Below are positions 1-9,246 of a stretch of DNA of 64,000 nt, piece after piece. Every line of letters starts with the position of its first letter. The first letter of the stretch is position 1. Made by a program: the position numbers and the translations under genes. Source of the DNA: Candidatus Acidiferrales bacterium (GTDB lineage Bacteria; Acidobacteriota; Terriglobia; Acidiferrales; UBA7541). The notes beneath the pieces are model-generated. The model had not been told where the DNA came from. It made no database searches and worked only from the letters and a program-made list of their open reading frames with translations. The stretch lies in assembly GCA_052146315.1 (NCBI GenBank), contig JBKQNJ010000095.1, forward strand, positions 33,364 through 97,363, given 5' to 3'.

Positions 1-362
1 CTGCCTCGCCGGCAGGCGGGCTTTTCGGAATCTTCGGTGGCGTACATTTTCACGATTTCGCGGTGCGTGGGCTCAGTGAGGTACGCGGGGCAATTGAATT
101 CGCGCGCCATCTGCGCGAGGCCGGTCGAATGATCGGAGTGCTCGTGGGTGACGAGGATGGCGTCCACACGCTCGGGACGCGCGCGGCCCAGCGCCTCGAA
201 GCGGCGCAGCATTTCCTTCTTGCCAAGCCCGGCGTCGATGAGGAGGGTGGTGCTGCTGGTTTCGAGCAACGTCGAGTTGCCCATGCTGCCGGAAGCGAGA
301 ATAGAGATCCGGAACGAGATGCGGTTGCCCTCAGCCCCGCAGAATCGGGAGACGTTTCGCAT
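1..362 (-). CDS. MBL-fold metallo-hydrolase (partial; C-terminus lies beyond the left edge)
   Basis: Not in the ORF track because it runs off the edge. My translation of the minus strand from ATG 360-362 gives MRNVSRFCGAEGNRISFRISILASGSMGNSTLLETSSTTLLIDAGLGKKEMLRRFEALGRARPERVDAILVTHEHSDHSTGLAQ... It carries the HxHxDH motif (THEHSDH). Confidence 0.75.
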   Translation of the reverse strand, partial: MRNVSRFCGAEGNRISFRISILASGSMGNSTLLETSSTTLLIDAGLGKKEMLRRFEALGRARPERVDAILVTHEHSDHSTGLAQMAREFNCPAYLTEPTHREIVKMYATEDSEKPACRRG

Positions 363-572
363 CTTGGCAGAGCGCGCGAGCGAAATCAAAGGAAAAAGGA
401 AGCCACTGAGACACCGAGCCGGAAGCAGGTAAGCAAGAAAAAGGCAGTTCACCGCACCCTTCGTCATAAACAGACTCAGGGCGGGGAGGCGCAGAGGGCG
501 CTGAGAAAGCCAAAGCAAAGGCTTAACACAGAGGACGCAGAGTTCGGACTGAGAGTACGGAGGCTGCGAGGC

Positions 573-995
573 TTAGTCGAGCGATTCGGACGGGATGCCG
601 ATGTTCTTTTCGCCGGCGGCTTTCTTTTCGTTGTACTTCTTCACCCAGGCGGCGAAGGACTTTCCGGCGGCGGTGTCGCGTCCGGTGAACGCGAGCGCGG
701 CGATGTCGCTATAGGCGATCGAGAGTTTGCCGGACTCGTTTTTCGGCATGATGCGGATCGAGCAATCGGCGAGCGACGGGCCAGTCGATTTGCGGTCGAA
801 GACGTAGCCTTCGATCGCGCGGCCATCTTTCAGGGTGATGGTGATGTCGCCGCGATAGTCGAATGCTTTTTCGAGGGCCTCGCGGATTTCGGAGTCGGTG
901 GCCGTCGAGGGAATCCAACCTTCGAGATTCTCGTGGACGAAGCCGAGGCGTTCTTCCGCTTCCGTGGCGGCAGAGCTGGCATGTGTATCAGTCAT
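573..995 (-). CDS. hypothetical protein (140 aa)
   Basis: Clean ORF with non-antisense-like composition, tightly packed next to hpnH. No motif recognised. Confidence 0.5.
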   Translation of the reverse strand: MTDTHASSAATEAEERLGFVHENLEGWIPSTATDSEIREALEKAFDYRGDITITLKDGRAIEGYVFDRKSTGPSLADCSIRIMPKNESGKLSIAYSDIAALAFTGRDTAAGKSFAAWVKKYNEKKAAGEKNIGIPSESLD

Positions 996-1025
996 TCTCT
1001 CTGAGCCTCTGTGTCTCTGTGGCTA

Positions 1026-2129
1026 CTACGCCTTCGGCGCGGCGATTTGCACCAGCTGGCCACGGCTTGGCGGGGCGCTCGTGGCACCGCCCATCGCGTC
1101 CGGATCGCGATACTTGTTGAACAGCGTGGCGCGGACCGTCGCGGCGAAGCCGCCGAGCGAGCTGAATGTGTCGTTGACGGCGCTCGCCTCGTAGCCGCTG
1201 TGAACCATGCAATTCGCGCACTTCGGATTGCCGCTTTCGGTGCCGTAGCGGCTCCATTCGGTTTCGCGCAGCAGCTCGTCGAACGAATCGGCGTAGCCGT
1301 CCTGCAGCAGGTAGCAGGGCTTCTGCCAGCCGAAAATGTTGTACGTGGGCATGCCCCAGGGCGTGCATTTGTACTCGCGCTTGCCCATCAGGAATTCGAG
1401 GAAGAGCGGGCTCAGGTTGAAGCGCCACTTGTCCGCGCGGTTGCTGAGAATTTGGCGGAAAAGGTTGCGCGTCTTCTTCTTGCTGAGGAAATGTTCCTGG
1501 TCGGGCGCTTTGTCGTAGGTGTAGCCGGGCGAAAGCATCATGCCTTCGACGCCGAGGTCCATCATGTCGTCGAAAAATTGGCGGACGCTCTGCGGATCGG
1601 CGCCCTCGAAAAGCGTGGTGTTGGTGGTGACGCGGAAGCCGCGATCGAGCGCCATGCGGATGCCTTCGGTCGCCGTGTCGTAGGTGCCTTCGCGGCAGAC
1701 GGCGAAATCGTGGTGCTCGCGCTCGCCGTCCATGTGAACCGAGAACGAAAGATACTTGCTCGGCGTGAATTCGTGCAAACGCTCTTTGAGGAGCAGCGCG
1801 TTGGTGCAGAGGTAGATGTATTTCTTGCGCGCGATGAGCCCCGCAACGATTTCCGGCATCTGCGGATGCATCAGCGGCTCGCCGCCGGGAATGCTGACCA
1901 CCGGCGCGCCGCATTCTTCGACCGCGCGGAAACATTCCTCGGGCGTGAGCTGCTTTTTCAGGATGTGCGCGGGATACTGGATTTTCCCGCAGCCGGCGCA
2001 GGCGAGATTGCAGCGAAACAGCGGCTCGAGCATCAGGACGAGCGGATACTGCTTGCGTCCTTTCAGCTTTTGGCCGATGACGTAAGTCGCCACCGTCCAC
2101 ATCTGCGATACGGGTCCAGGTACGCCCAT
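1026..2129 (-). CDS. hpnH: adenosyl-hopene transferase HpnH (radical SAM, hopanoid side-chain biosynthesis)
   Basis: MLEPLFRCNLACAGCGKIQYP (CxxxCxxC radical SAM motif). Full-length resemblance to HpnH, e.g. ...YLCTNALLL..., TPWG.P...FGWQKPCYLL, CANCMVHSGYE. Ends in a tandem TAG TAG stop. Confidence 0.9.
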   Translation of the reverse strand: MGVPGPVSQMWTVATYVIGQKLKGRKQYPLVLMLEPLFRCNLACAGCGKIQYPAHILKKQLTPEECFRAVEECGAPVVSIPGGEPLMHPQMPEIVAGLIARKKYIYLCTNALLLKERLHEFTPSKYLSFSVHMDGEREHHDFAVCREGTYDTATEGIRMALDRGFRVTTNTTLFEGADPQSVRQFFDDMMDLGVEGMMLSPGYTYDKAPDQEHFLSKKKTRNLFRQILSNRADKWRFNLSPLFLEFLMGKREYKCTPWGMPTYNIFGWQKPCYLLQDGYADSFDELLRETEWSRYGTESGNPKCANCMVHSGYEASAVNDTFSSLGGFAATVRATLFNKYRDPDAMGGATSAPPSRGQLVQIAAPKA

Positions 2130-2207
2130 CGATCTCCTCAGAGCAGGTTTCCGGCTAAGTGCTTATGATACCGGGTTCGATGCGTCCTGTGAACCCAAGG
2201 TTTCCGA

Positions 2208-2369
2208 TTAGCCACAGAGGCATGCAGACACGGAGATGGAGGCAGGGAGGCAAGGAAGGAGGGAATCAACTCAGGGTATGCGCTGTCATCCCGACAGAGG
2301 CCGTCTTCTGGCCGACGAGGGATCTGCTTTTCTCTTGGTTTTCTCGGTGTCTCCGAGCCTCTGTGGCTA
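2208..2369. repeat. Inverted-repeat-bounded intergenic element (MITE/REP-like) of the TAGCCACAGAGGC family
   Basis: The 13-nt arm tagccacagaggc at 2208-2220 has a perfect reverse complement, gcctctgtggcta, at 2357-2369. The flanks extend imperfectly (gacac.gaga). The right arm overlaps the TAG stop of the M16 peptidase gene. Confidence 0.4.
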
Positions 2370-3644
2370 GATCGCGAGTTGTTCGCGGGTGAGATTGAAA
2401 CCGTTGAGGTTGCCGACGACCGACGCGGCGATGCGGTTAGGGGCGAAAAATTCGCGCGCGATCTGCTGGATTTCCTCGGCGGTCACGCTTTCGAGCATGG
2501 CGATCAGCTCTTCGGGCGTGAAATGGCGGTCGAAGTAGATATGGTAGCGCGCGAGGCTGTTCATGCGCGAGCCGGAGCCTTCGAGCGCGAGCAGCGTGGC
2601 GCCTTTGAGGTGATCCTTTGCGCGACGCAGCTCTTCGGCGCCGATGGGCTCGTCCTTGATGCGGCGAAATTCGTCGAGGACCGAGCGGATGAGCTTGTCG
2701 ACGGTTTCAAGCGACGTCCCGGCGTAGACGGAAAGCACGCCAGCATCGCGGTACGAGCTGATGTCGCTGAAGATCGCGTAGGCGAGACCCTGGCGCTCGC
2801 GAATATTCTGGAAGAGCCGCGAGGACATGCCGCCGCCGAGAATGTTGTTGAGCAGCGAGACGGCGAAGCGGCGCCGGTCGGTGAGCGGAAGCGCGGGCAC
2901 GCCGATGCAGATGTGCACCTGCTCGAGTTCGCTTTTGCTGCGCAGCGTGACGTGCGGCGCGGCCTGCGGCACGGAATCGGCCGCGCCGTTGCCGGAGGGC
3001 GCGAGCTTCGAAAAACGCTCGGCGACGAGATCGACGAGCTGCGCGTGCGTGAGATGTCCCGCGGCCGTGACGACCAGATGATTCGGCGCGTACCACTGGC
3101 GAAACCATTTCTGCAGGGTATCGCGCGTGAACGACGACACGGTTTCCGGCGTGCCGAGGATCGGCTTCGCCAGCGCGTGCGGCGCCCAGAAATTCTGCGT
3201 GAAAAGCTCGTGGACGAGGTCTTCGGGATTGTCCTGCGTCATGCGGATTTCTTCGAGGATCACGGACTGCTCGCGCGCGATGTCCTCATCCGCGAATTTC
3301 GGGTCGAGCGCCATGTCCGCGATCACGTCGAAGGCGCGCGGCAGGTGCTCGTCGAGCACGCGCGCGTTGAAGCAGACCATTTCCTTCGAAGTGAAAGCGT
3401 CGAGCATGCCGCCCACGCTGTCCATTTCGCGCGCGATGTCTTCAGCGGTGCGGCGCGCGGTGCCCTTGAACACCATGTGCTCGATAAAATGCGAGATGCC
3501 GTTGAGCTCGGCAGGCTCGCGGCGCGATCCGGAGCGCACCCAGATACCGACGGATACCGAGTGGACGTGGTCCATCGGCTCGGTGAGCACCACGAGTCCA
3601 TTCGGCAGCACTTCCTTCTGCACGGTTGAAGTTGTCTTCGACAT
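2367..3644 (-). CDS. M16 (pitrilysin/insulinase) family zinc peptidase
   Basis: HFIEHMVFKGT (inverted HxxEH zinc motif) near the N-terminus. The 425-aa two-lobed layout is typical of M16B. Confidence 0.85.
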   Translation of the reverse strand: MSKTTSTVQKEVLPNGLVVLTEPMDHVHSVSVGIWVRSGSRREPAELNGISHFIEHMVFKGTARRTAEDIAREMDSVGGMLDAFTSKEMVCFNARVLDEHLPRAFDVIADMALDPKFADEDIAREQSVILEEIRMTQDNPEDLVHELFTQNFWAPHALAKPILGTPETVSSFTRDTLQKWFRQWYAPNHLVVTAAGHLTHAQLVDLVAERFSKLAPSGNGAADSVPQAAPHVTLRSKSELEQVHICIGVPALPLTDRRRFAVSLLNNILGGGMSSRLFQNIRERQGLAYAIFSDISSYRDAGVLSVYAGTSLETVDKLIRSVLDEFRRIKDEPIGAEELRRAKDHLKGATLLALEGSGSRMNSLARYHIYFDRHFTPEELIAMLESVTAEEIQQIAREFFAPNRIAASVVGNLNGFNLTREQLAI

Positions 3645-3742
3645 GTCAGCTTCTATTGTGGCATGCCGTCGCGGTGAATGCCATTTTCGGTCGGCTGAGC
3701 GTTTCCTGGGTTCGTGTTGTCGCGTGCTATGATGAACGCAAG

Positions 3743-4822
3743 ATGGCTCCGCAAGGCTCCAACACTGGCGTAAATCTGCTCGGGAAATCGGCGGAGGAAC
3801 TGCGGGCGTTTTTGCAGGCGATTGGCGAGCCGGGGTATCGCGGGGCGCAGATTTATCACGCGCTGTACCGCGAGCGGCGATTCGATTTCGCCGCGATGAC
3901 GAATTTGCCGGCGGCGCTGCGCGAGCGGTTGGCGCGCGAGGCGTCGATTGATTTGCCGCGGATCGTGCGGCGGCATCTGTCGTCGGATGGTACCGTGCGC
4001 TACGTTCTAGCGGTGGGCGAGGCGGATGGCGGAAAGCCCGCGACGATCGAAGCGGTGTTCATGCCGGAAGAAAACCGGCAGACGGTCTGCATTTCGACGC
4101 AGGCGGGCTGCGCGGTGGATTGCCGCTTCTGCCTCACGGCGACGCTCGGCTTGATGCGCAACCTGACAGCGGGCGAAATTGTGGGCGAAGTGCTCGTCGC
4201 GCTCGAAGACAATCGCGCGGCGCTGAAGCCGCAAACCAACATCGTGCTGATGGGGCAGGGCGAGCCGCTGCTGAACTTCGACGCGGTGATGGCCGCGCTG
4301 CGCATTCTGCTCGACCCGAAGGGAGTGGCGATTGCGCCGAGGCATGCGGCGCTTTCGACGAGCGGGATCATTCCGGGAATCGAGCGGCTGGCGCACGAAA
4401 AAGTGCGGCCGAACCTGGCGATTTCGCTGAACGCGTCGTCAAACGAGCAGCGCGACCAGATCATGTCCATCAACCGCAAGTATCCGCTCGAGAAGCTGCT
4501 CGATGCGTGCCGCAAATATCCGCTGAAGCCGCGGGAGTGGCTGCTCTTCGAGTACGTCCTGCTGGGCGGATTCAACGATTCGGTGGAGGATGCGCGGCGC
4601 GTGGTGAAATTGCTCGCGAATCTGCGCGCGAAGGTGAATCTGATCCCGTGGAATCCGGGCGACCTGCCGCTCAAGAGGCCGGACCCGGAGCGCGTGGCGG
4701 AATTTCAGCGGGTGCTGATGGAAAAGGGCGTGCCGTGTTTCATCCGCGATTCGCGCGGCCAGGACGTGATGGCCGCCTGCGGCCAATTGGCGCTCGCGGA
4801 GATGGCTGGTGCGGCCGTCTGA
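3743..4822 (+). CDS. rlmN: 23S rRNA/tRNA (adenine-C2)-methyltransferase RlmN (radical SAM)
   Basis: Motifs GYRGAQIYHALY, STQAGCAVDCRFCLTATLG (CxxxCxxC), MGQGEPLLN and C-terminal ACGQL. I prefer the ATG at 3743 over the track start at 3626, which overlaps the divergent peptidase gene. Confidence 0.9.
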   Translation: MAPQGSNTGVNLLGKSAEELRAFLQAIGEPGYRGAQIYHALYRERRFDFAAMTNLPAALRERLAREASIDLPRIVRRHLSSDGTVRYVLAVGEADGGKPATIEAVFMPEENRQTVCISTQAGCAVDCRFCLTATLGLMRNLTAGEIVGEVLVALEDNRAALKPQTNIVLMGQGEPLLNFDAVMAALRILLDPKGVAIAPRHAALSTSGIIPGIERLAHEKVRPNLAISLNASSNEQRDQIMSINRKYPLEKLLDACRKYPLKPREWLLFEYVLLGGFNDSVEDARRVVKLLANLRAKVNLIPWNPGDLPLKRPDPERVAEFQRVLMEKGVPCFIRDSRGQDVMAACGQLALAEMAGAAV

Positions 4823-4947
4823 GCGCCGGAGGCGCGATTGTCATTAGCCCGGCACGGAGCGCAGCGAAGTGCCGGGAAAGGAGAAAACGGGAGCCGCAAG
4901 TCCCGGAGGGACGATTGACCTGCATCGCCGACGACGAGTGGCCTGGC

Positions 4948-6006
4948 TCAGGACAAACCGCGCTGCTTAATTCCGATGGCGGCCATCAGGCGGCCGGTGG
5001 TGCGTTCGCGGCGATAACTGAAAAACAGATCGGTGCGGCACGCGGTGCAATAATCCGACGCCGAAATCTGGCGCGGCGGGACGCCTGCCACCGCGAGAAT
5101 CGCGCGATTCGCGGCGATCAGATCGAGATGGACGCGCGGCGGCGGAGGCGGATGTCCCGGCGGGCGCATGGTGAGCCACGGGAGCCAGTTGGGATCGTTT
5201 TCGCCGGACGAGAGCGCATCGAAAGGGCCATCGAACCATTCGCGCGCCTCGGGAAACTGCGACTGGAATTCGCGCGCGACCTCCGAGCCGACTTCGTAGC
5301 AGCAGCGGCCGATGCCGGGGCCGAGCGCGGCGATCACGTCCTCGGGGCGCGTGCCGAATTCCATGTGCATGCGGCCGAGAGTTTTTGCGGCGATGCGGGC
5401 GAGCGTCCCGCGCCAGCCGGAATGAATCGCGGCTACGGCGCGCTGCTTTGGATCGGCGAGAAGGATCGGGACGCAGTCGGCGGTCTGCACCGCGAGCAGG
5501 ACGCCCGGCTCGCGGGTGAAGAGCGCGTCGCCTTTTGGCGCGTCCGAAAATTCGCTGTTCGATTCATCCGCGCGATCGACGCGGTGGATGAGATCGGAAT
5601 GAATTTGCCGCAGCGTGATGGCGCGCATTTCGTCCGCGCCGAGCGCGTGGAAGAATTTGGCGCGATTTTCGAGTACGCGCTCGCGGGAGTCCCAGTCAGT
5701 GAAGCCGAGATTGAGTGCGCCGGCGCTTGCCTTTGTGCCGCGTTTGCCGCGCGCACCCTCGGCGGCGCCCCCGCTCGGGATCGCGCTTGCACCTCCGGGG
5801 CGCGTGCTGAAGCCATGCGTGAGCCATGCGAGGCGCGCGAGCTGTGGCGATTCGAGAATCTGCAAGCTGCCCGCGCGACGGAGTTTCCATACAGCGCGTT
5901 TCTTGGGCTGCGCCGGTTTTGCGGCGCGCTTGAATCGCGAAGCCTTCGGTTTGGCTGCGGTTGTGGCCATGGCAGGGGGCATTGCCATTATATAATCGCG
6001 CGGCAT
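4948..6006 (-). CDS. pgeF: peptidoglycan editing factor PgeF / YfiH (DUF152 laccase-domain protein) with a basic N-terminal extension
   Basis: Motifs HGFSTRPGG, QIHSDLIHRVD, LAVQTADCVPILLADP, HSGWRGT, C.YEVG, CT.C...FFSYRRE. The start is uncertain; alternative Met codons lie at 5988, 5982 and 5970. Confidence 0.8.
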   Translation of the reverse strand: MPRDYIMAMPPAMATTAAKPKASRFKRAAKPAQPKKRAVWKLRRAGSLQILESPQLARLAWLTHGFSTRPGGASAIPSGGAAEGARGKRGTKASAGALNLGFTDWDSRERVLENRAKFFHALGADEMRAITLRQIHSDLIHRVDRADESNSEFSDAPKGDALFTREPGVLLAVQTADCVPILLADPKQRAVAAIHSGWRGTLARIAAKTLGRMHMEFGTRPEDVIAALGPGIGRCCYEVGSEVAREFQSQFPEAREWFDGPFDALSSGENDPNWLPWLTMRPPGHPPPPPRVHLDLIAANRAILAVAGVPPRQISASDYCTACRTDLFFSYRRERTTGRLMAAIGIKQRGLS

Positions 6007-6020
6007 CTGAGCGAGGAGAC

Positions 6021-6398
6021 ATGATCGTCGGGCTGGGGCTGGACATTGCGGAAATCGACCGGATCGAGGCGGCCATCAAGCGCCACGGCGCGCCGTTTCT
6101 CGAGCGGCTGTTCACGCCCGCCGAGATGGCGTATTGCGAGAGCCACAAGGGCAAATACGAGCGCTACGCCGCGCGGTTTGCCGCGAAAGAAGCCGCGATG
6201 AAGGCGCTCGGCACGGGATGGAGCCACGGCGTCCGCTGGCGCGACATCGAAGTGACGCGCGAGCCGAGCGGCAAGCCCACGTTGCGGCTCGCAGGCGTCG
6301 CCGCGGACATCGCAAAGCGCATGGGCGTGAAGAATATTTCGCTCACAATCACGCACAGCGGCAATCTGGCCCTGGCCGAAGTGATTTTCGAAAGCTAG
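6021..6398 (+). CDS. acpS: holo-[acyl-carrier-protein] synthase
   Basis: Begins MIVGLGLDIAEIDRIE, with FAAKEA..KALG and ISLTITHSG..A.A.V. The ATG at 6021 is the typical AcpS N-terminus. Confidence 0.85.
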   Translation: MIVGLGLDIAEIDRIEAAIKRHGAPFLERLFTPAEMAYCESHKGKYERYAARFAAKEAAMKALGTGWSHGVRWRDIEVTREPSGKPTLRLAGVAADIAKRMGVKNISLTITHSGNLALAEVIFES

Positions 6399-6422
6399 GG
6401 CGGCGAACAACCACTCCTCGAA

Positions 6423-7760
6423 TCAATCTTCCAAACAAACTTCGCGCCATTCGTTGGCCGGATGGTGGCCGGGGATGCGGACCTTGAGGTAATTCCCGGT
6501 GAGCGCTTCTGTCCAATCGTCGCCGATGCGGGCGAGCGTGAGGGCGCGCAGCGTGCTGCCGGACTGCGAGGCGCGGAAGCCCGCGGCTTTCTGCTCAGCG
6601 AGGGCACGTAAAGCTCGAGCGCGCTGGCGAATTACCTGCGCGGGAACGCGTTTCCCCAGGTTCGCGGCGGCGGTGCCGGGCCGCTCAGAAAACGAGAAGA
6701 CGTGGAGATACGTGAAGGGCAGGGCGGCGACGAACTGCGCGGTAGCGTCGAAGTCGGCGCCCATTTCGCCGGGGAAGCCGACGATTACGTCGGCGCCGAT
6801 CGCGGCGTCAGGCACGAGGCGGCGAATCAGCCGCACGCGCTCGGCGTAGTGCGCGGCGCGATACCAGCGGTGCATGGCGCGCAGGATGCGATCCGAGCCC
6901 GACTGCAGCGGCACGTGAAAATGCGGGGCGATGCGCGGCGAGGATGCGACGAGTGCGACGAAGTCCTCAGTGACGTCCTGCGGCTCGATCGAGCTGAAGC
7001 GGAGCTGCTCGAGACCGGTTTCGTCGAGGATGCGGCGCACCACATCGCTAAGCGCGGCGCGCGGCGTGAGATCGCGGCCGTAGCTGCCGAGATTGATGCC
7101 GCTGAGGACGATTTCGCGCGTGCCCGCTTTCACCATGCCGCGCACTTCGTCGATCACGGCGTCCGGGGCGAGGCTGCGGCTGCGCCCGCGGACGAACGGA
7201 ATCACGCAGTAGGAGCAGCGATTGTTGCAGCCGTCCTGAATCTTCAGGATCGGGCGCGTGCGATCGGCTGCCGAGGCATCGGCGGTCGCCGAGAGCGGGA
7301 TGTTCACGCCGGTTTGCGCGAAGATGTCGCCGGTGAGGATTTTCGCCGGGCCGCGCGCGAGGGACATCGCGTCGTCGTTGAGCCGCGCGAGCGGAACGAA
7401 ATCCGTGCGATGGGGCGGCGCATCCAAATCGCCGATCAGGTTGGGAATCTGCGATTGGTGCGAATTTCCGACGACGAGCGCGACGCCGTCGAGCACGGCA
7501 AGTTCATCGGGCGCGCGCTGCGCGTAGCAGCCGGTGACAATAATGCGCGCCGCCGGATTCGCGCGATGGATTTTACGCACGGCGTCGCGCGCCTGAGAAT
7601 CCGCAGCTGCTGTGACGGTGCACGTGTTCAGCACGACGACCTCGGCGGTCGCGTGGCCGTCGGCTAGCGTGAGCCCGCTCGCGAGCAATTCGCGGCGCAA
7701 CGCGGCGGCGTCCGCTTCCGTGGCCCGGCACCCGAAATTCTCGATGGAAAAACTAGGCAT
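6423..7760 (-). CDS. mtaB: MiaB/RimO-family radical SAM methylthiotransferase, probably tRNA t6A37 methylthiotransferase MtaB
   Basis: N-terminal FSIENFGCRATEAD (UPF0004 domain), then KIQDGCNNRCSYCVIPFVRG (radical SAM), then a C-terminal TRAM-like segment. Confidence 0.8.
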   Translation of the reverse strand: MPSFSIENFGCRATEADAAALRRELLASGLTLADGHATAEVVVLNTCTVTAAADSQARDAVRKIHRANPAARIIVTGCYAQRAPDELAVLDGVALVVGNSHQSQIPNLIGDLDAPPHRTDFVPLARLNDDAMSLARGPAKILTGDIFAQTGVNIPLSATADASAADRTRPILKIQDGCNNRCSYCVIPFVRGRSRSLAPDAVIDEVRGMVKAGTREIVLSGINLGSYGRDLTPRAALSDVVRRILDETGLEQLRFSSIEPQDVTEDFVALVASSPRIAPHFHVPLQSGSDRILRAMHRWYRAAHYAERVRLIRRLVPDAAIGADVIVGFPGEMGADFDATAQFVAALPFTYLHVFSFSERPGTAAANLGKRVPAQVIRQRARALRALAEQKAAGFRASQSGSTLRALTLARIGDDWTEALTGNYLKVRIPGHHPANEWREVCLED

Positions 7761-7821
7761 CGACGAAAGTATAGCAGCGAATTCGACATTGGTTTTGGAC
7801 GAAGGATAACGCAGCGGCGGT

Positions 7822-8424
7822 TCAGGGGTGCTGCCAAACTCCGACGAACATCGCGCAGGGGCGTCTCGAACTTACAATCCATTCATCGTGCGCCTTCTCC
7901 ATCACGAGGGTGTCTCCGCTGAGGCACTGCTGGCCACATAAGAGGAGGTATTTCACCAGCGCAAATTGGTGCTTTGTGTCGAACACAATCTCAGACAGCA
8001 CCAGGACATTCGAATGTGCCCGTTGATCGTCCAGGGCCGGCTTATTCTGGTCCTTCGACAACGCGTCGCGCTGCTGGAGTAGTTCTCGCTTTTGGACGGT
8101 GTCGACGAGTCTTATGTCCATGCCTTTCGTGATTTCTTGGGGAAGAGCGTGGGTGGTTCGAAAGGGCTCGGAATCGTTTTCGAGTTCAATTCCCCTCAGG
8201 CAGGGTCGCCCCTCTGGGAATCCCTTAAAGTCGAATGTCACAGTGACGTTTGAGAGGTTTCGGAAGTGGAGGAAGGAGGAAAATTTCTCTAGGAAACCCC
8301 GATATACCGCGATTTGCTCCGCGTTGATAGGTGAGGCACTGGAGACTGGCTGCTGCTGTGCTTTAGGGGGCGACGCCAGAACGATCACCACATAAAGCGC
8401 GGCTAGTGCTTTGACACTTCTCAT
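7822..8424 (-). CDS. hypothetical secreted protein
   Basis: Signal-peptide-like N-terminus MRSVKALAALYVVIVLASPPKAQQ. Lower G+C than its neighbours. Lies 6 nt downstream of the LuxR-type regulator gene, so probably co-transcribed. Confidence 0.5.
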   Translation of the reverse strand: MRSVKALAALYVVIVLASPPKAQQQPVSSASPINAEQIAVYRGFLEKFSSFLHFRNLSNVTVTFDFKGFPEGRPCLRGIELENDSEPFRTTHALPQEITKGMDIRLVDTVQKRELLQQRDALSKDQNKPALDDQRAHSNVLVLSEIVFDTKHQFALVKYLLLCGQQCLSGDTLVMEKAHDEWIVSSRRPCAMFVGVWQHP

Positions 8425-8430
8425 GGCGAG

Positions 8431-9105
8431 CTATTGGTCGGCGCGGCGCTGGTAGCAGAGGAGGATGAGGTCGGCGCGGCGGCGGACGCCGAATTTCGCG
8501 AGCAAATTCGAGACGTGAAATTTCACGGTGCGCTCGGAGATGTGCAGGCGGTCGGCCACTTCCTTATTCGCGAGATTTTCGAGCAGGCCGCTGAGGACTT
8601 CCTGCTCGCGGCGGCTGAGTTCGCTCGGGGAATCGGCGCGCAGGCGGCGTCCCTGAGTGTTGCTGAGGATCGAATCGACGAATCGCGAAAGCACCGGGCG
8701 CGGCACCCAAATGCCGCCCGAAGCGACTTGCGGCAAAGCGCGCGCGAGCTGCTCGCGTGCCTCGGCGTAAGTGAGAATGCCTTTCACTCCCTGGCGGAGA
8801 AGGGCGTGGCTGTCCGCTTCCTTCAGCTTGTCCCCGACCACCAGGAGGCGCGCGCCGGAATGCTTGTCCAAAATGTTGCCGAGCAGGGCGCCTGTGGCCT
8901 GATGCGCCGCATGAGCATCGACGACGTAAACGGATGCCTTGGGGAGGTCGAGGTTGCGCAAGTCAGGCGCAAGCATGGAATCGAGCTGCTTCGACGTGAT
9001 CTGAAATCCCGAGTCTTCCAGCAGCCGGTGCAATTCGTCCAGCACCATGGGGTGCGGCGAGAGAAGGCAGACCTTGAGATTCGATTTGCCGTTGTTCTTG
9101 GACAT
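8431..9105 (-). CDS. LuxR/FixJ-type response-regulator-like protein with an atypical receiver
   Basis: C-terminal LuxR HTH: LSRREQEVLSGLLENLANKEVADRLHISERTVKFHVSNLLAKFGV. The N-terminal receiver-like fold keeps VYVVDAH and GVKGIL but has CLLSPHP where the acidic DD pair normally sits. Confidence 0.75.
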   Translation of the reverse strand: MSKNNGKSNLKVCLLSPHPMVLDELHRLLEDSGFQITSKQLDSMLAPDLRNLDLPKASVYVVDAHAAHQATGALLGNILDKHSGARLLVVGDKLKEADSHALLRQGVKGILTYAEAREQLARALPQVASGGIWVPRPVLSRFVDSILSNTQGRRLRADSPSELSRREQEVLSGLLENLANKEVADRLHISERTVKFHVSNLLAKFGVRRRADLILLCYQRRADQ

Positions 9106-9246
9106 GGCGCTTACCTGAATTGAGGCTAACGGAATTGGCTAGCGGGAGCAAGGCGGACGCAACGGGCTATTTCATACCAGACACGGGGTCAGAGGGGTAA
9201 GCGAATCGTTGATTGAAACTTTGCGAACAGCGCGTAATGCCGCAGG

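Noticed and set aside
63-1004. 313-aa plus-strand ORF spanning the first kilobase
   Set aside because: It overlaps two minus-strand genes with recognisable or coherent products (the MBL hydrolase and the 140-aa protein). Its Arg/Gly/Ala-rich composition is what antisense frames of GC-rich genes give.
3626-3742. Upstream extension of rlmN (the track start at 3626)
   Set aside because: The extension overlaps the divergent M16 peptidase start and encodes a Cys/Trp-rich non-homologous leader. RlmN-like sequence begins after the ATG at 3743.
4120-6024. 634-aa plus-strand ORF
   Set aside because: It runs out of frame through rlmN and antisense through pgeF, both of which have strong motif support. 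Its composition is Arg/Ala/Gly-dominated with no motifs.
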